Origin: a virus
Lineage: Duplodnaviria; Heunggongvirae; Uroviricota; Caudoviricetes
Length of the DNA: 64,000 nucleotides
IMG/VR virus record: IMGVR_UViG_3300003310_000099
Span: 106,295-170,294 of that record
Direction: 5' to 3' (one strand)
The notes under the pieces were generated by a model, which searched no databases, was not told the DNA's origin, and worked only from the letters and a program-made list of their open reading frames with translations. Positions 46,721 to 56,082 of the stretch are shown in pieces. Numbering within the stretch: position 1 is the first letter of the stretch; the number at the start of each line of letters is the position of its first letter. The translations under genes and the position numbers were made by a program.

Positions 46721-47284
46721 TTACTTAGGGAAAAATCCATCCATAAGTCCTTGTGCCAAAGAATCTTTGTTTGGACCTATCTCAAAAAATGAATCTTGAG
46801 TAGTCTTTTGTATAGAATCCTTATCGGGCTTAGGCTTTCCATAACCTTCCAATTTAAGCGTTCCGTAAAAAGCTGGTGCTTTCTTTGAGAAAGTAGCGCC
46901 CATGACGACAGTATCAGTTAATACTGAATCAGCATACATTCGCCAACGCTTATCGAAAGTGCCCATAAATAGAACACAATTACACCCTAATGGGAGTTGT
47001 TCCATATGAACAGTCGAATACTTCTTCGGGAAATTAGTTTCCAACAATTCATTAATTTCTGGTGGTGTCACTAACCAAAAATAGCCTTTAGCCCCCTTAA
47101 ACAATAAGGTACTCGCCAGTTCTCTCAACTTTAGATAAAGAGCTTCGTGTTTCGGTTCATCGAAGGAATGCCAGTCAGCAGTGACTTGGGTTCCAGCTTG
47201 TTTGAGGACAAGATCGACAATTTGTCGATTGAAAAAGGCATCATTAGGTTCTTCTAAATCTTCTGGTAAATTAACTCTACGCAT
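46721..47284 (-). CDS. Short paralog resembling the C-terminal half of T4 gp23-type major capsid protein
   Basis: NRQIVDLV; KGAKGYFWLVTPPEI..LLE; MGTFDKRWRMYAD; VVMG; YG.L.L. Confidence 0.5.
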   Translation of the reverse strand: MRRVNLPEDLEEPNDAFFNRQIVDLVLKQAGTQVTADWHSFDEPKHEALYLKLRELASTLLFKGAKGYFWLVTPPEINELLETNFPKKYSTVHMEQLPLGCNCVLFMGTFDKRWRMYADSVLTDTVVMGATFSKKAPAFYGTLKLEGYGKPKPDKDSIQKTTQDSFFEIGPNKDSLAQGLMDGFFPK

Positions 47285-47849
47285 TATTCTCCTTTGTAGA
47301 TTCCATAAGTGCTTTTACATTCTTGTTACAAAAACCATGAGTTGTTCTGTTAATAAATTCATAAATAACTCCAGTCAATTCAGATGGCTTTGTAAATACT
47401 TGGGTTAAAGGCGGATCAGTACAAGTTAAAGGCTTATCGCTGGAAAATTCCGCATAACCCTTTTCCTTCCATTCTTTCATTGTTTCTTCGACAGATTCCA
47501 CTTGGTACGCCATGTGATGTATGCCGCCAATCCCACCTCTTGCGGCGACCCAATCACCAACAATACTGCCTGGCGCGCCGTCACTGACGAATATTTCTGG
47601 TGGCATGTGGTAGATTTGTAGGCCAGCCTTTCTTCCCGTATCTGACTCAAAATAATGGGTTTCACCACAAAGCCAAGGTGGACTGCCAGGGAGTTTTTCT
47701 GGTGGTTCCAAGGCAATGCACTCGGCACAAGTTCCATCGTCAAAATCTATGGTAAATCTTTCCTGAATCTTGTATCCTAGAGCATCTATGAAAAATTTGG
47801 CGGTTTTTTCTCTATCTTTTACTCTGTAAGCAACGTGGTCTAATCTCAT
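47277..47849 (-). CDS. VOC/glyoxalase-superfamily protein (HPPD C-domain-like)
   Basis: LDHVAYRV, GGIHHMAYQV, LTQVFT, YEFINR. Confidence 0.75.
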   Translation of the reverse strand: MRLDHVAYRVKDREKTAKFFIDALGYKIQERFTIDFDDGTCAECIALEPPEKLPGSPPWLCGETHYFESDTGRKAGLQIYHMPPEIFVSDGAPGSIVGDWVAARGGIGGIHHMAYQVESVEETMKEWKEKGYAEFSSDKPLTCTDPPLTQVFTKPSELTGVIYEFINRTTHGFCNKNVKALMESTKENNA

Positions 47850-47880
47850 GTATCGCCTCCTTTTATATTAGAGTGTAATT

Positions 47881-48747
47881 ATGAATTTTAAATTAGCTAC
47901 TTTTTTTGGCATCCCTCTCAACATTAACGTTTTTACCCTTTTATTTATTGTGTGGATATATTTAACAAATCCAGATCAATTTATAGATGGATTGCCAATA
48001 AAAGTTAATCTATTTGCTGCTATTACTTTTTGTATTATGCTAGTATTCGTTATCATGCATGAATACGGTCATTGTTTAATGGCTAGAAGGTTAGGATGGA
48101 AAATAAACGATATTACCATATATCCGCTTGGTGGACTTGCAAGCATGGAATCTGCCACTTGCAAACCAAGAGATGAAATTCTGGTCACTGCTGCTGGACC
48201 TCTTGTAAATCTGGTACTTGCATTCTTGTTTGCTGTAGCGACAATTACCACATTTTTAATTAACCAAGATGCGATAGCAGTCATTATTACCTTTTTTGCC
48301 TTTATGATGATGAATGTAATTCTTTTTACATTCAATCTTTTGCCTATTTTTCCTATGGATGGAGGAAGATTGCTCAGGGCTTGTCTTACCTACCGCTTGG
48401 GTTATGAGAAGGCAACTCGGTTCACGGTTATTTTTAGTCAAATCTTGGGATTAATTCTAATCGTAGTTTGTTTCTTTTATGGTTTTTATCTGACTGGTGT
48501 TCTTTTGGGGCTGGTGGTACTGGCAGCACAACGGGAAGTGACGGCGGCGAGCATTGTTGGCAATCTACAGGAAATCAGAAGAAAATCTGCAATTATACTA
48601 AATAATCCTGAACTTGAAAAATGCAGTCTAGCTGAATTAATTTTAGTCCTCAAGGCTGTAGAAGATGAAGAAACTAAACAAAGACTGCAAACAGAAGAAC
48701 TCCTGCCACTACTTGAAGCCTTCAACGAAGAAAGAACAGCCATTTGA
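47881..48747 (+). CDS. Site-2 protease (peptidase M50)
   Basis: HEYGH, AGPLVN, FNLLPIFPMDGGR, multiple TM segments. Confidence 0.9.
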   Translation: MNFKLATFFGIPLNINVFTLLFIVWIYLTNPDQFIDGLPIKVNLFAAITFCIMLVFVIMHEYGHCLMARRLGWKINDITIYPLGGLASMESATCKPRDEILVTAAGPLVNLVLAFLFAVATITTFLINQDAIAVIITFFAFMMMNVILFTFNLLPIFPMDGGRLLRACLTYRLGYEKATRFTVIFSQILGLILIVVCFFYGFYLTGVLLGLVVLAAQREVTAASIVGNLQEIRRKSAIILNNPELEKCSLAELILVLKAVEDEETKQRLQTEELLPLLEAFNEERTAI

Positions 48748-48771
48748 CAAAGCTGGGATTCGTGGTATAGT
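48744..48771 (+). promoter_or_regulatory. Putative promoter (16-bp spacer class) for clpX
   Basis: TTGACA-aagctgggattcgtgg-TATAGT. Confidence 0.7.
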
Positions 48772-48813
48772 AAGTAGTGTGGACTTAACAACTTAAAGCG
48801 TAAAGGAGATTCA

Positions 48814-50118
48814 ATGGCGACAAAAGGGAAGCGGAAGGTTATCCATCATTGTGATTTTTGCAGTAAGCCCGAAGATGAAGTAGGGCGTCTTGTAGAGGGT
48901 CCAGGTGGCCCTAATTATGGAAAGGTCGTTGGGGAATCACCAGCTTATATTTGCGCCAAGTGCCTTGAAAAATGCATCGCACTTTTAGAATCAAAGTCAT
49001 GCGGCGTGAGAACCGCCAAGATTCCTAGCCCAAAAGAACTGGTTAAGAAGCTCAGCCAACACGTCATTGGCCAAGATCGTGCCAAGAAAGTTTTAGCAGT
49101 TGCAGTGTCGAATCACTATAAGCGTCTGATTGACGATGAGCGTGTTCGCCAATCCAAGAATTCCAGCGACCCGCTTGACTCCGTAGTAATCGACAAGAGC
49201 AATGTTTTAATGCTCGGCCCTACTGGTTGTGGCAAGACTTTATTGTGCCAAACACTCGCTAAACTTCTTGATGTTCCTTTTGCCATTGGTGACGCAACCA
49301 CTTTAACTGAAGCTGGTTACGTTGGTGAAGACGTTGAAAACCTTTTGCTGCGTTTGATTCGTGCTGCTGATTTCGATTTGGAAAAGGCTCAAACTGGCAT
49401 TATTTACATTGACGAGATTGACAAGATTGGAAAGACCAGTCAGAATGTGTCAATCACAAGGGATGTTTCTGGTGAAGGTGTGCAACAGGCATTGCTCAAG
49501 ATGCTTGAAGGCACTACTGCCAACGTACCACCTCAAGGTGGACGAAAGCATCCTGAGCAACAGTACCTGCAAATCGACACTACGAATATCTTATTTATTT
49601 GTGGTGGTGCTTTTGTTGGGCTTGAAGACATTGTGAGCAAACGACTTGGTAAAAAGAGCATTGGTTTCGGCGTCAATATGGAAGAACACGATTACGATGA
49701 ACATAAGAGACGAGATTGGCTTCTTGCCAACACCACTCCAGATGACTTGATCCATTTTGGATTGATTCCTGAATTGGTAGGACGTTTGCCAGTTATTGCA
49801 CCATTGAACGAATTGAGCGAAGAGTCACTGATTCAGGTGTTGACTGAGCCGAAGAGTGCTTTGCTCAAGCAGTATACCAAGTTGTTTCGCTACAATAACG
49901 CAAAGCTTGAATTCACAGAAGGTGCAATTCGAGAAATTGCAAAGAAGGCTCTCAAGTTGAAGACTGGAGCCAGGGCTTTGCGGGGTGTTGTCGAAGACTT
50001 GATGCTTGAATGGCAGTATGAAATGGAAGATGGTCAAGGCAAAACTTATGTCGTGACCGAAGAGGTGGTCAAGGGTGAGTCCCCTTTAGTGCCATCGGCA
50101 GCTAAAGAAGCTGCCTAA
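48814..50118 (+). CDS. clpX: ATP-dependent Clp protease ATP-binding subunit ClpX
   Basis: N-terminal C4 zinc finger, [43 protein letters not shown] loop, GARALR. Confidence 0.97.
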   Translation: MATKGKRKVIHHCDFCSKPEDEVGRLVEGPGGPNYGKVVGESPAYICAKCLEKCIALLESKSCGVRTAKIPSPKELVKKLSQHVIGQDRAKKVLAVAVSNHYKRLIDDERVRQSKNSSDPLDSVVIDKSNVLMLGPTGCGKTLLCQTLAKLLDVPFAIGDATTLTEAGYVGEDVENLLLRLIRAADFDLEKAQTGIIYIDEIDKIGKTSQNVSITRDVSGEGVQQALLKMLEGTTANVPPQGGRKHPEQQYLQIDTTNILFICGGAFVGLEDIVSKRLGKKSIGFGVNMEEHDYDEHKRRDWLLANTTPDDLIHFGLIPELVGRLPVIAPLNELSEESLIQVLTEPKSALLKQYTKLFRYNNAKLEFTEGAIREIAKKALKLKTGARALRGVVEDLMLEWQYEMEDGQGKTYVVTEEVVKGESPLVPSAAKEAA

Positions 50119-50137
50119 TTGTTAAGAAGAATATAAA

Positions 50138-50179
50138 TATAGTATATTAATATGAAAGTTTTCATATTAATATACTATA
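50138..50179. terminator. Perfect 20-bp AT-rich inverted repeat after clpX (terminator or cruciform)
   Basis: TATAGTATATTAATATGAAA-GT-TTTCATATTAATATACTATA then CTTTT. Confidence 0.55.
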
Positions 50180-50216
50180 CTTTTCTTGTTAATGCTATTG
50201 AGTATTTGGAGCAAAA

Positions 50217-50876
50217 ATGACAAAGATTTGCGCAATTTCGGACCAACATGGAAATCTTCCCAAGATTCCTTCTTGCGATCTTCTGCTCATTGCAGGTGAT
50301 CTTTGTCCTACGTCTAATCATACTTTATGGTATCAACAAAATTGGTTAGAGTACAATTTTAAGGAATGGATACGGGACGTAGACGCAAAGAAAAAGGTAT
50401 TTATTTGCGGCAACCATGACTTTTTCTTTGAGAAAGCCCCTCAACAAGAAGTCCAAAAAACCTTGAGCAAGATACCTGCTACTTATCTCCAAGATGATGA
50501 AGTTGAGTTTGAAGGTTTGAATATTTACGGAACTCCTTGGCAACCCTATTTCTTTGATTGGGCGTTCAATCTATATGAACACGATTTAGAGAAGAAATGG
50601 GCTTTGATTCCAAAGTACACTGACATTCTCATTGTACATGGTCCACCGCATAATTACGGTGATTATGCACCACGTCCAAGAGGACAGGGTGGTGAGCATA
50701 CAGGTTCACCTTCTCTTTTAGAGAAAATTAAAGAGATTGAACCTAAGCTTGTAGTTTTTGGCCACATCCATGAAGGGCGTGGTGAGTGGGATTTGGGCAA
50801 AACCAAATTGGCTAATGTTACCATCTTAAATGGAAGATATGAGATGGTTCATGAACCTTGGGTTTACAATTTATAA
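50217..50876 (+). CDS. Calcineurin-like metallophosphoesterase
   Basis: ISDQHG, IAGD, GNHD, VHGPP, VFGHIHEG. Confidence 0.9.
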   Translation: MTKICAISDQHGNLPKIPSCDLLLIAGDLCPTSNHTLWYQQNWLEYNFKEWIRDVDAKKKVFICGNHDFFFEKAPQQEVQKTLSKIPATYLQDDEVEFEGLNIYGTPWQPYFFDWAFNLYEHDLEKKWALIPKYTDILIVHGPPHNYGDYAPRPRGQGGEHTGSPSLLEKIKEIEPKLVVFGHIHEGRGEWDLGKTKLANVTILNGRYEMVHEPWVYNL

Positions 50877-50877
50877 C

Positions 50878-51333
50878 ATGCAATTACTCTTCGTATACGG
50901 CACCCTCAAGACTGGATTTGAAAACAATTCAGTCTTAGAGGGGATGTTCGTCTCGACTGCTAAAACACTGCCATATTATAGAATGTATGATTATGGCCAG
51001 TTTCCAGTTTTGAAAAAAGACAAATTTGGAGTTGAAATCGAGGGAGAACTATGGTTAGTTAGAAACCTGGAGGCTCTTGATGAATTTGAAAGTAATCTTT
51101 ATTGCAGAGAATTAATTCTTTTAGATAAGCCAAGCGTTTTTGCATATGCGTATTTATTTAATTACGCTGTAGATGGTCTGATGGATTGTGGCTCTAATTG
51201 GCAGAAGGAATTAAATCATGATGACCCACAAAAATCAACTGACGGAAAGACAGGTGGAAAAGATTTGGTTGATGGATATCTTCGATTCGAGGAAACATCA
51301 CAAGATCATTATGGCACAGATGCCAGAATATGA
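50878..51333 (+). CDS. Gamma-glutamylcyclotransferase (AIG2/YtfP-like)
   Basis: LFVYGTLK.G, P.L, I.GE, LD.FE; start at 50878. Confidence 0.75.
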   Translation: MQLLFVYGTLKTGFENNSVLEGMFVSTAKTLPYYRMYDYGQFPVLKKDKFGVEIEGELWLVRNLEALDEFESNLYCRELILLDKPSVFAYAYLFNYAVDGLMDCGSNWQKELNHDDPQKSTDGKTGGKDLVDGYLRFEETSQDHYGTDARI

Positions 51334-52045
51334 TCTTTATCTACAAAATAAGCAAAAGATTCTCAATAGCAAACAGGTCGGTAATGATTACAATTTCATG
51401 CGTACAGAACCATTATTGACCAGGAAGCAGGAATATCACCTGTTCCGTCAATATAACTATTTAAAATACAAGGTAATTAATTCCGCAAAGCCTAAACCAG
51501 AATACTTGGCCAGGATCAAGGAAATCAGGGATATTGTAGTTTGTGCTAATAGCAAACTGGTTATGTCCGTATTAAAACAACAGAAGTATAAGGATTTTGA
51601 AAGTGCTTTGAGTGATGGTTATTACGGTTTGATTGATGCAGTGGATTTATTTGATTTCCGTAAGGAATTTAAGTTCGCAACTTATGCGTATTGGGCTATT
51701 CAGTCTAAGATTCGATACTTTAGTAATTTAGAACTTAAAGAACGTAACCACACTACGCAGGATGATTTCTTGGAATTCCATCCTGGCAAGGATGAAGATG
51801 ATATTGTCGTAAGCAACGAGGAAAGATTAATTTTGGAAGATAAGTTAAGACATATTTCGGAACGTGAAAGAAAAGTCATTATAAGCTATTATGGATTATG
51901 TAATGAGGAAAGATTAGGGCTTAAGGAGATAGGACAGAAGTTTAAAATCAGCAAGGAAAGAGTCCGACAAATTAGAATACAGGGATTGATAAAAATTCTA
52001 GGGAGAGGATTTAATGAAAAAGAAAAACTCGCATTTTGCTGTTGA
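51218..52045 (+). CDS. Phage-encoded sigma70-family sigma factor
   Basis: LLT..QE..L, N..LV, G..GLI.AV..FD.....KF.TYA.W.I (region 2), LSERER.V....YGL, EIG..F.IS.ERVRQI (region 4). Confidence 0.85.
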   Translation: MMTHKNQLTERQVEKIWLMDIFDSRKHHKIIMAQMPEYDLYLQNKQKILNSKQVGNDYNFMRTEPLLTRKQEYHLFRQYNYLKYKVINSAKPKPEYLARIKEIRDIVVCANSKLVMSVLKQQKYKDFESALSDGYYGLIDAVDLFDFRKEFKFATYAYWAIQSKIRYFSNLELKERNHTTQDDFLEFHPGKDEDDIVVSNEERLILEDKLRHISERERKVIISYYGLCNEERLGLKEIGQKFKISKERVRQIRIQGLIKILGRGFNEKEKLAFCC

Positions 52046-52802
52046 AAGTCCACAATACCAAAATTGCCAAGTGCTTAATCCAGACGGACAGTTGATGTTC
52101 CGTTGTTCGGAAAAGAAAGCCAATTGGTATTTGTCCAGAAATTTAGGCATCAAGCTTGGGGAAAATCCGCTCGTTGTCAAACTAAATTTCATCCCCAAGG
52201 GGCCTGGTCATGTTGATGACCCTTATCATCTCCAAGAAATGGAGAATAAATGCGTTGTATGTGGTACTCCCGATGATCTAACCCGTCACCATATTGTTCC
52301 CTATTGCTACAGACAGTTCTTTCCAATTGATATCAAGAATCATCGTGCATACGATGTGATGGCTATGTGTGTTGCTTGTCATCATGCATACGAAAAAGAA
52401 GCTGATATTCTTAAAGAGAAAATTGGTGAGGAATATGGTATGCCTGTTCACGGTGCGGGTATCAGATATGACAAGGAAGCAGGCCGTGCCAAGAACGCTG
52501 CACATGCAATCCTAGTACATAGTGATAAAATTCCGCCAAGTAGACTTAATGAACTCTACGAGCGTGTGAGTACCTATCTTGGCAGAGAAGTCACACAGGA
52601 AGATTTAAACGCACTGACCACGAAGGAACTGTATGACTTTAAAAACTATGTTCATCACGGGCAATATGTGGTGAGTAAAATGACGGAAGATCAGATTGAG
52701 CCATTTGTTAAAAAATGGCGGCAGCATTTTCTGGATACAATGCAACCTAAGCACATGCCTAAGATTTGGACGGTGGACCGTCCGATACTTTACAAAGCGT
52801 GA
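52014..52802 (+). CDS. HNH-like nuclease resembling the EXD2 C-terminal domain
   Basis: NCQVL.PDG....RC..KKA.WY; CVVCG...LTRHHIVP.CYR..FP...K.H...DV...C..CH. Confidence 0.55.
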   Translation: MKKKNSHFAVESPQYQNCQVLNPDGQLMFRCSEKKANWYLSRNLGIKLGENPLVVKLNFIPKGPGHVDDPYHLQEMENKCVVCGTPDDLTRHHIVPYCYRQFFPIDIKNHRAYDVMAMCVACHHAYEKEADILKEKIGEEYGMPVHGAGIRYDKEAGRAKNAAHAILVHSDKIPPSRLNELYERVSTYLGREVTQEDLNALTTKELYDFKNYVHHGQYVVSKMTEDQIEPFVKKWRQHFLDTMQPKHMPKIWTVDRPILYKA

Positions 52803-52816
52803 ATTTGTGCTATAGT
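52789..52816 (+). promoter_or_regulatory. Putative promoter (16-bp spacer class)
   Basis: TTTACA-aagcgtgaatttgtgc-TATAGT. Confidence 0.65.
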
Positions 52817-52822
52817 AGGAGT

Positions 52823-53263
52823 ATGAAAATGATCCACACCATCGTTATTGGCGACTGGTCCCATGACGGTCACAACCAGAGTGATATGTACTCTTTTGAG
52901 TGCAACGCCGAAGAAGCCGATATCAAGAAAGCTTATCTTCAGGCAGTAAAGAAGTCTGGTATTGCCTTGCATAACGACCACGGCAAAACCAAGTCAAAGG
53001 CTAGATCGGTCTGCTGTGAGTATGAAGACAATAATCTTAATGAAGATGCTGTTGATAAATTGAAAGCAATCGGTGTCAATTTTGCAGAAGTGGCCATTGA
53101 GGATGGTGGTGTTGGCCCAGAAGACATTGCCAAACTATTCTTCGGCATGGTTAAGAGCCAAATCCCAGGTTTTGAGTATAAATTGCTTAAAAGCCCGAAG
53201 ACTATTAACGGATTTTGGTCTAAAGATTTCAACTATAGTTTCGGCTATGGCTGTTATTTTTAA
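52823..53263 (+). CDS. Hypothetical protein
   Basis: Start at 52823 after AGGAG; IGDWSHDGH motif. Confidence 0.7.
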   Translation: MKMIHTIVIGDWSHDGHNQSDMYSFECNAEEADIKKAYLQAVKKSGIALHNDHGKTKSKARSVCCEYEDNNLNEDAVDKLKAIGVNFAEVAIEDGGVGPEDIAKLFFGMVKSQIPGFEYKLLKSPKTINGFWSKDFNYSFGYGCYF

Positions 53264-53321
53264 TTTTAATTTAATAAAAACTACTAAATTTACGATTTAA
53301 CTAACAACGACTAACAAACAG

Positions 53322-54911
53322 GTGAAACAAATGGCAAAGTTAGATAAGAACGAATATCCAAATAACTCTACGGCAGAAGACTTTCAGTGTTTTGGACCAC
53401 CAGCAACAGAAGACGGACAATTCGATTCGTGCAAGATTGCTGACCTTGGCTGTTTTACTCAAGACGGCAAGGATTCAAACAAATATTATCATGCTGCGGT
53501 AGTCCAGCACAAGAAGACTAAGAAATGGTATGTGTACTTCCAATGGGGACGTACAGGTGCCACAAATCCCACTTTTCAATTCGTTGAATGCAATGATGAG
53601 TCCGATGCACAGCGAACTTTCGCTGCCCAACTCCACGACAAGAATGATAAACGTGGACAATGGGTGACTATCGCTGGAATTCGCACTCTGCAAGCCAAGC
53701 CTAATAAAGATTGCTATTTGGTTCGTCCAATGGCCACTCGCTCAACGGGCTTGCCAGACGCCAAAACTATCAAGGTTAATGAAGGTGCTAAGGTTACTGC
53801 TGCGCCTACTACAACTACTAAGAGCAAATCCGTTTCTAAGGTTGATACGCATACTCTGCGTTTGATGCGTGATTTGAGCGTAGCTACGGTGTCTTATACC
53901 CGTGGTGTCATGGCAGACGCATCACTTCCAACCCAAAAGTCAATTGATGAAGCACGGCAGATTCTACAAGAGGCTCAAAAACGTCTTGTGGTTGTTGGTG
54001 CGAACATTGACCATCAGGTTGCAGATAAAGACCTGAATGAACTGACCCGTTTGATTTATAGTCGAATTCCCAAGAAGAAGGCTTTGCGTTGTGCAGCAAA
54101 TGAATGGATTTTGAACAAAGATACCATTTTCTCTTGGACGGCTGACTTGGATGCGTTTGAATCAGCACTTTATGTGACTGATATCAACGATGCGAAGCCA
54201 GATGAAGATGTGTTTGCTGGTATGCCAATTACTATGGAATGGGTTGATCCCACTTCTGCTATTGGGAAGTTTGCATATAATTGGTGGCCGAAAGCAACTG
54301 CAAATCGGCACGGCGGTCTTGGCAAGATGGTCATTAAAAATCTTTGGCGTGTACAACGCCGTGGCGACGACGCCAAGCTTTATAGCTGCCAAGATGCTGT
54401 TTTAAAGGACAAACCCTCTATCAAGGAGCGTCCTTTATTCCAGCCAGAACGTTCCGATTTGCAGGATGATTCACTGCTTAAGAAGTACAGGGACACCAAT
54501 ACTTCTTTGCTGTTCCACGGCACACGTTCCGTTAATGTTCCTGGCATTCTTCGTGAAAACCTGCGTCTACCCAAACAATTGGTTGGTGTAGTAATCACGG
54601 GTGCTATGTTCGGTCCTGGCATTTATTGGGCAGATGACTGGAAGAAGAGTGCTGGTTATACTTCATTGCGAGGTTCTTATTGGTCATCAGGTGACGGTGG
54701 CGTGAAGAACCGTGATGCCTTTATGTTTGCTGGGGATGTTGTACTAGGCAATCCGTATGTTGCCCCATACTCTGGTGGTTATACATCGGCACCTAAAGGC
54801 CACCATAGCGTTTATGGCAAGGCTGGTGCAAGTGGTGTTCAGAATAATGAATTCATTATCTATGACACCAAACAGTATCAGCTTCGTTACTTGATCGAAT
54901 TTGCCGCGTAA
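53322..54911 (+). CDS. WGR-domain poly(ADP-ribose) polymerase-like ADP-ribosyltransferase
   Basis: NKYY..., YFQWGRTG (WGR); LLFHGT, GAMFGPGIYWAD...KS.GY, NNEFIIYD..Q..LRYL (H-Y-E triad). Confidence 0.9.
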   Translation: MKQMAKLDKNEYPNNSTAEDFQCFGPPATEDGQFDSCKIADLGCFTQDGKDSNKYYHAAVVQHKKTKKWYVYFQWGRTGATNPTFQFVECNDESDAQRTFAAQLHDKNDKRGQWVTIAGIRTLQAKPNKDCYLVRPMATRSTGLPDAKTIKVNEGAKVTAAPTTTTKSKSVSKVDTHTLRLMRDLSVATVSYTRGVMADASLPTQKSIDEARQILQEAQKRLVVVGANIDHQVADKDLNELTRLIYSRIPKKKALRCAANEWILNKDTIFSWTADLDAFESALYVTDINDAKPDEDVFAGMPITMEWVDPTSAIGKFAYNWWPKATANRHGGLGKMVIKNLWRVQRRGDDAKLYSCQDAVLKDKPSIKERPLFQPERSDLQDDSLLKKYRDTNTSLLFHGTRSVNVPGILRENLRLPKQLVGVVITGAMFGPGIYWADDWKKSAGYTSLRGSYWSSGDGGVKNRDAFMFAGDVVLGNPYVAPYSGGYTSAPKGHHSVYGKAGASGVQNNEFIIYDTKQYQLRYLIEFAA

Positions 54912-54925
54912 AATGGAAGTAAGGC

Positions 54926-55117
54926 ATGATAAGTATTCGTTGCACTGAATTTAAATTGGTAGAAGGTGGGTCAATACCAATTGAGGTTGTGGATGGCGAG
55001 CCTTCTACTGAAGAAGTTATTAGTCTTATTGACAATGGGTTTGTTTTCACTCCATCTAGTGATGATTCCCCACCAGAATTTGTGGGACTATGGATAAAAG
55101 GTTTAGGAAATATATGA
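54926..55117 (+). CDS. Small hypothetical protein
   Basis: 63 aa in an operon. Confidence 0.5.
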   Translation: MISIRCTEFKLVEGGSIPIEVVDGEPSTEEVISLIDNGFVFTPSSDDSPPEFVGLWIKGLGNI

Positions 55118-55443
55118 AGCTTCCTATTCATCTTAGTATTGAAGGGGATACGATCTGGACTACTTATAAGTCCGAACTTGAAAAATTACAAAATGCTGAT
55201 GAACTGAAAGTTTTTGCTAAGCGGTGGGAAAACCTGCTTAATAATGTAAAAGAAGAGGATTTAACAGAAGAAGTGTTGAATAGTGTTAAAACCGAAATTT
55301 TGTTGGGAACGAATCAAACTTTGACCGCAGAGTTATTACTTCCTGTCAAAGTAATGAATGCTATGCTTATGGCTCAAAGATTTGTTGTTCCTTTGAATTG
55401 TGCTTTTATTCAAATGAACGGTGGATTAGGGGAATTTGAGTAA
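55114..55443 (+). CDS. Hypothetical protein
   Basis: Start at 55114 (ATGA overlap). Confidence 0.6.
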   Translation: MKLPIHLSIEGDTIWTTYKSELEKLQNADELKVFAKRWENLLNNVKEEDLTEEVLNSVKTEILLGTNQTLTAELLLPVKVMNAMLMAQRFVVPLNCAFIQMNGGLGEFE

Positions 55444-55454
55444 GGAGAACGTAA

Positions 55455-55655
55455 ATGGTTAAGGTACTTTGCCCTGATGGGCATATTATCGGTGTCTTTG
55501 ATTCCGCCGCCGATGTTCCTGAAAGGCTATGGAATCGTACTTGTTCCTATAATTATCCAACGAAAGAGTTGGAAATTATTGAAGTGACTGATCCTAAAGA
55601 TAAAGCACGATTGATGCCGACTCTTGAGGAAATGAGGAGGGAATATGGGCGTTGA
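55455..55655 (+). CDS. Small hypothetical protein
   Basis: 66 aa, SD AAGGAG. Confidence 0.6.
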   Translation: MVKVLCPDGHIIGVFDSAADVPERLWNRTCSYNYPTKELEIIEVTDPKDKARLMPTLEEMRREYGR

Positions 55656-56064
55656 TTATTACGCAAATTCTATCATTGGTGTCAGGATTCCTAATACCAG
55701 AGTTAAGACTAAGGTTCGTGGTTGTAATCATCCAGAAAGTAATGCTAAGTTTTGCCCTGAGTGTGGCAAACCGATGCATGTAGAAGATGATGCATTGCAT
55801 CCAATTATTGAGAAACTGGATGATTATCACAGCAAAGAAAAGATTCGATTGGTCTGGTCCACCGATCACGATGAAGCCTATGTTGGTTTCTTCAAAGGTG
55901 GTTCAGAAAGCAGCAGAAGCGGCGGTGCCAGGGATGCTGCCAAGGTTGAGCTTCCTGATAATATCAATATTCAGGAATTGAAAAATGCTTTAAAGGAAGA
56001 ACTGAAAGAACTTTATAACGAAAAAAATTTTGGACTTTGGACAATTTTATACTGTAGTTACTAA
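55645..56064 (+). CDS. Hypothetical protein with a zinc ribbon
   Basis: GCNH...FCPECG; SD GGAGG. Confidence 0.65.
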   Translation: MGVDYYANSIIGVRIPNTRVKTKVRGCNHPESNAKFCPECGKPMHVEDDALHPIIEKLDDYHSKEKIRLVWSTDHDEAYVGFFKGGSESSRSGGARDAAKVELPDNINIQELKNALKEELKELYNEKNFGLWTILYCSY

Positions 56065-56082
56065 CAAAAAAGGAGAATTACT

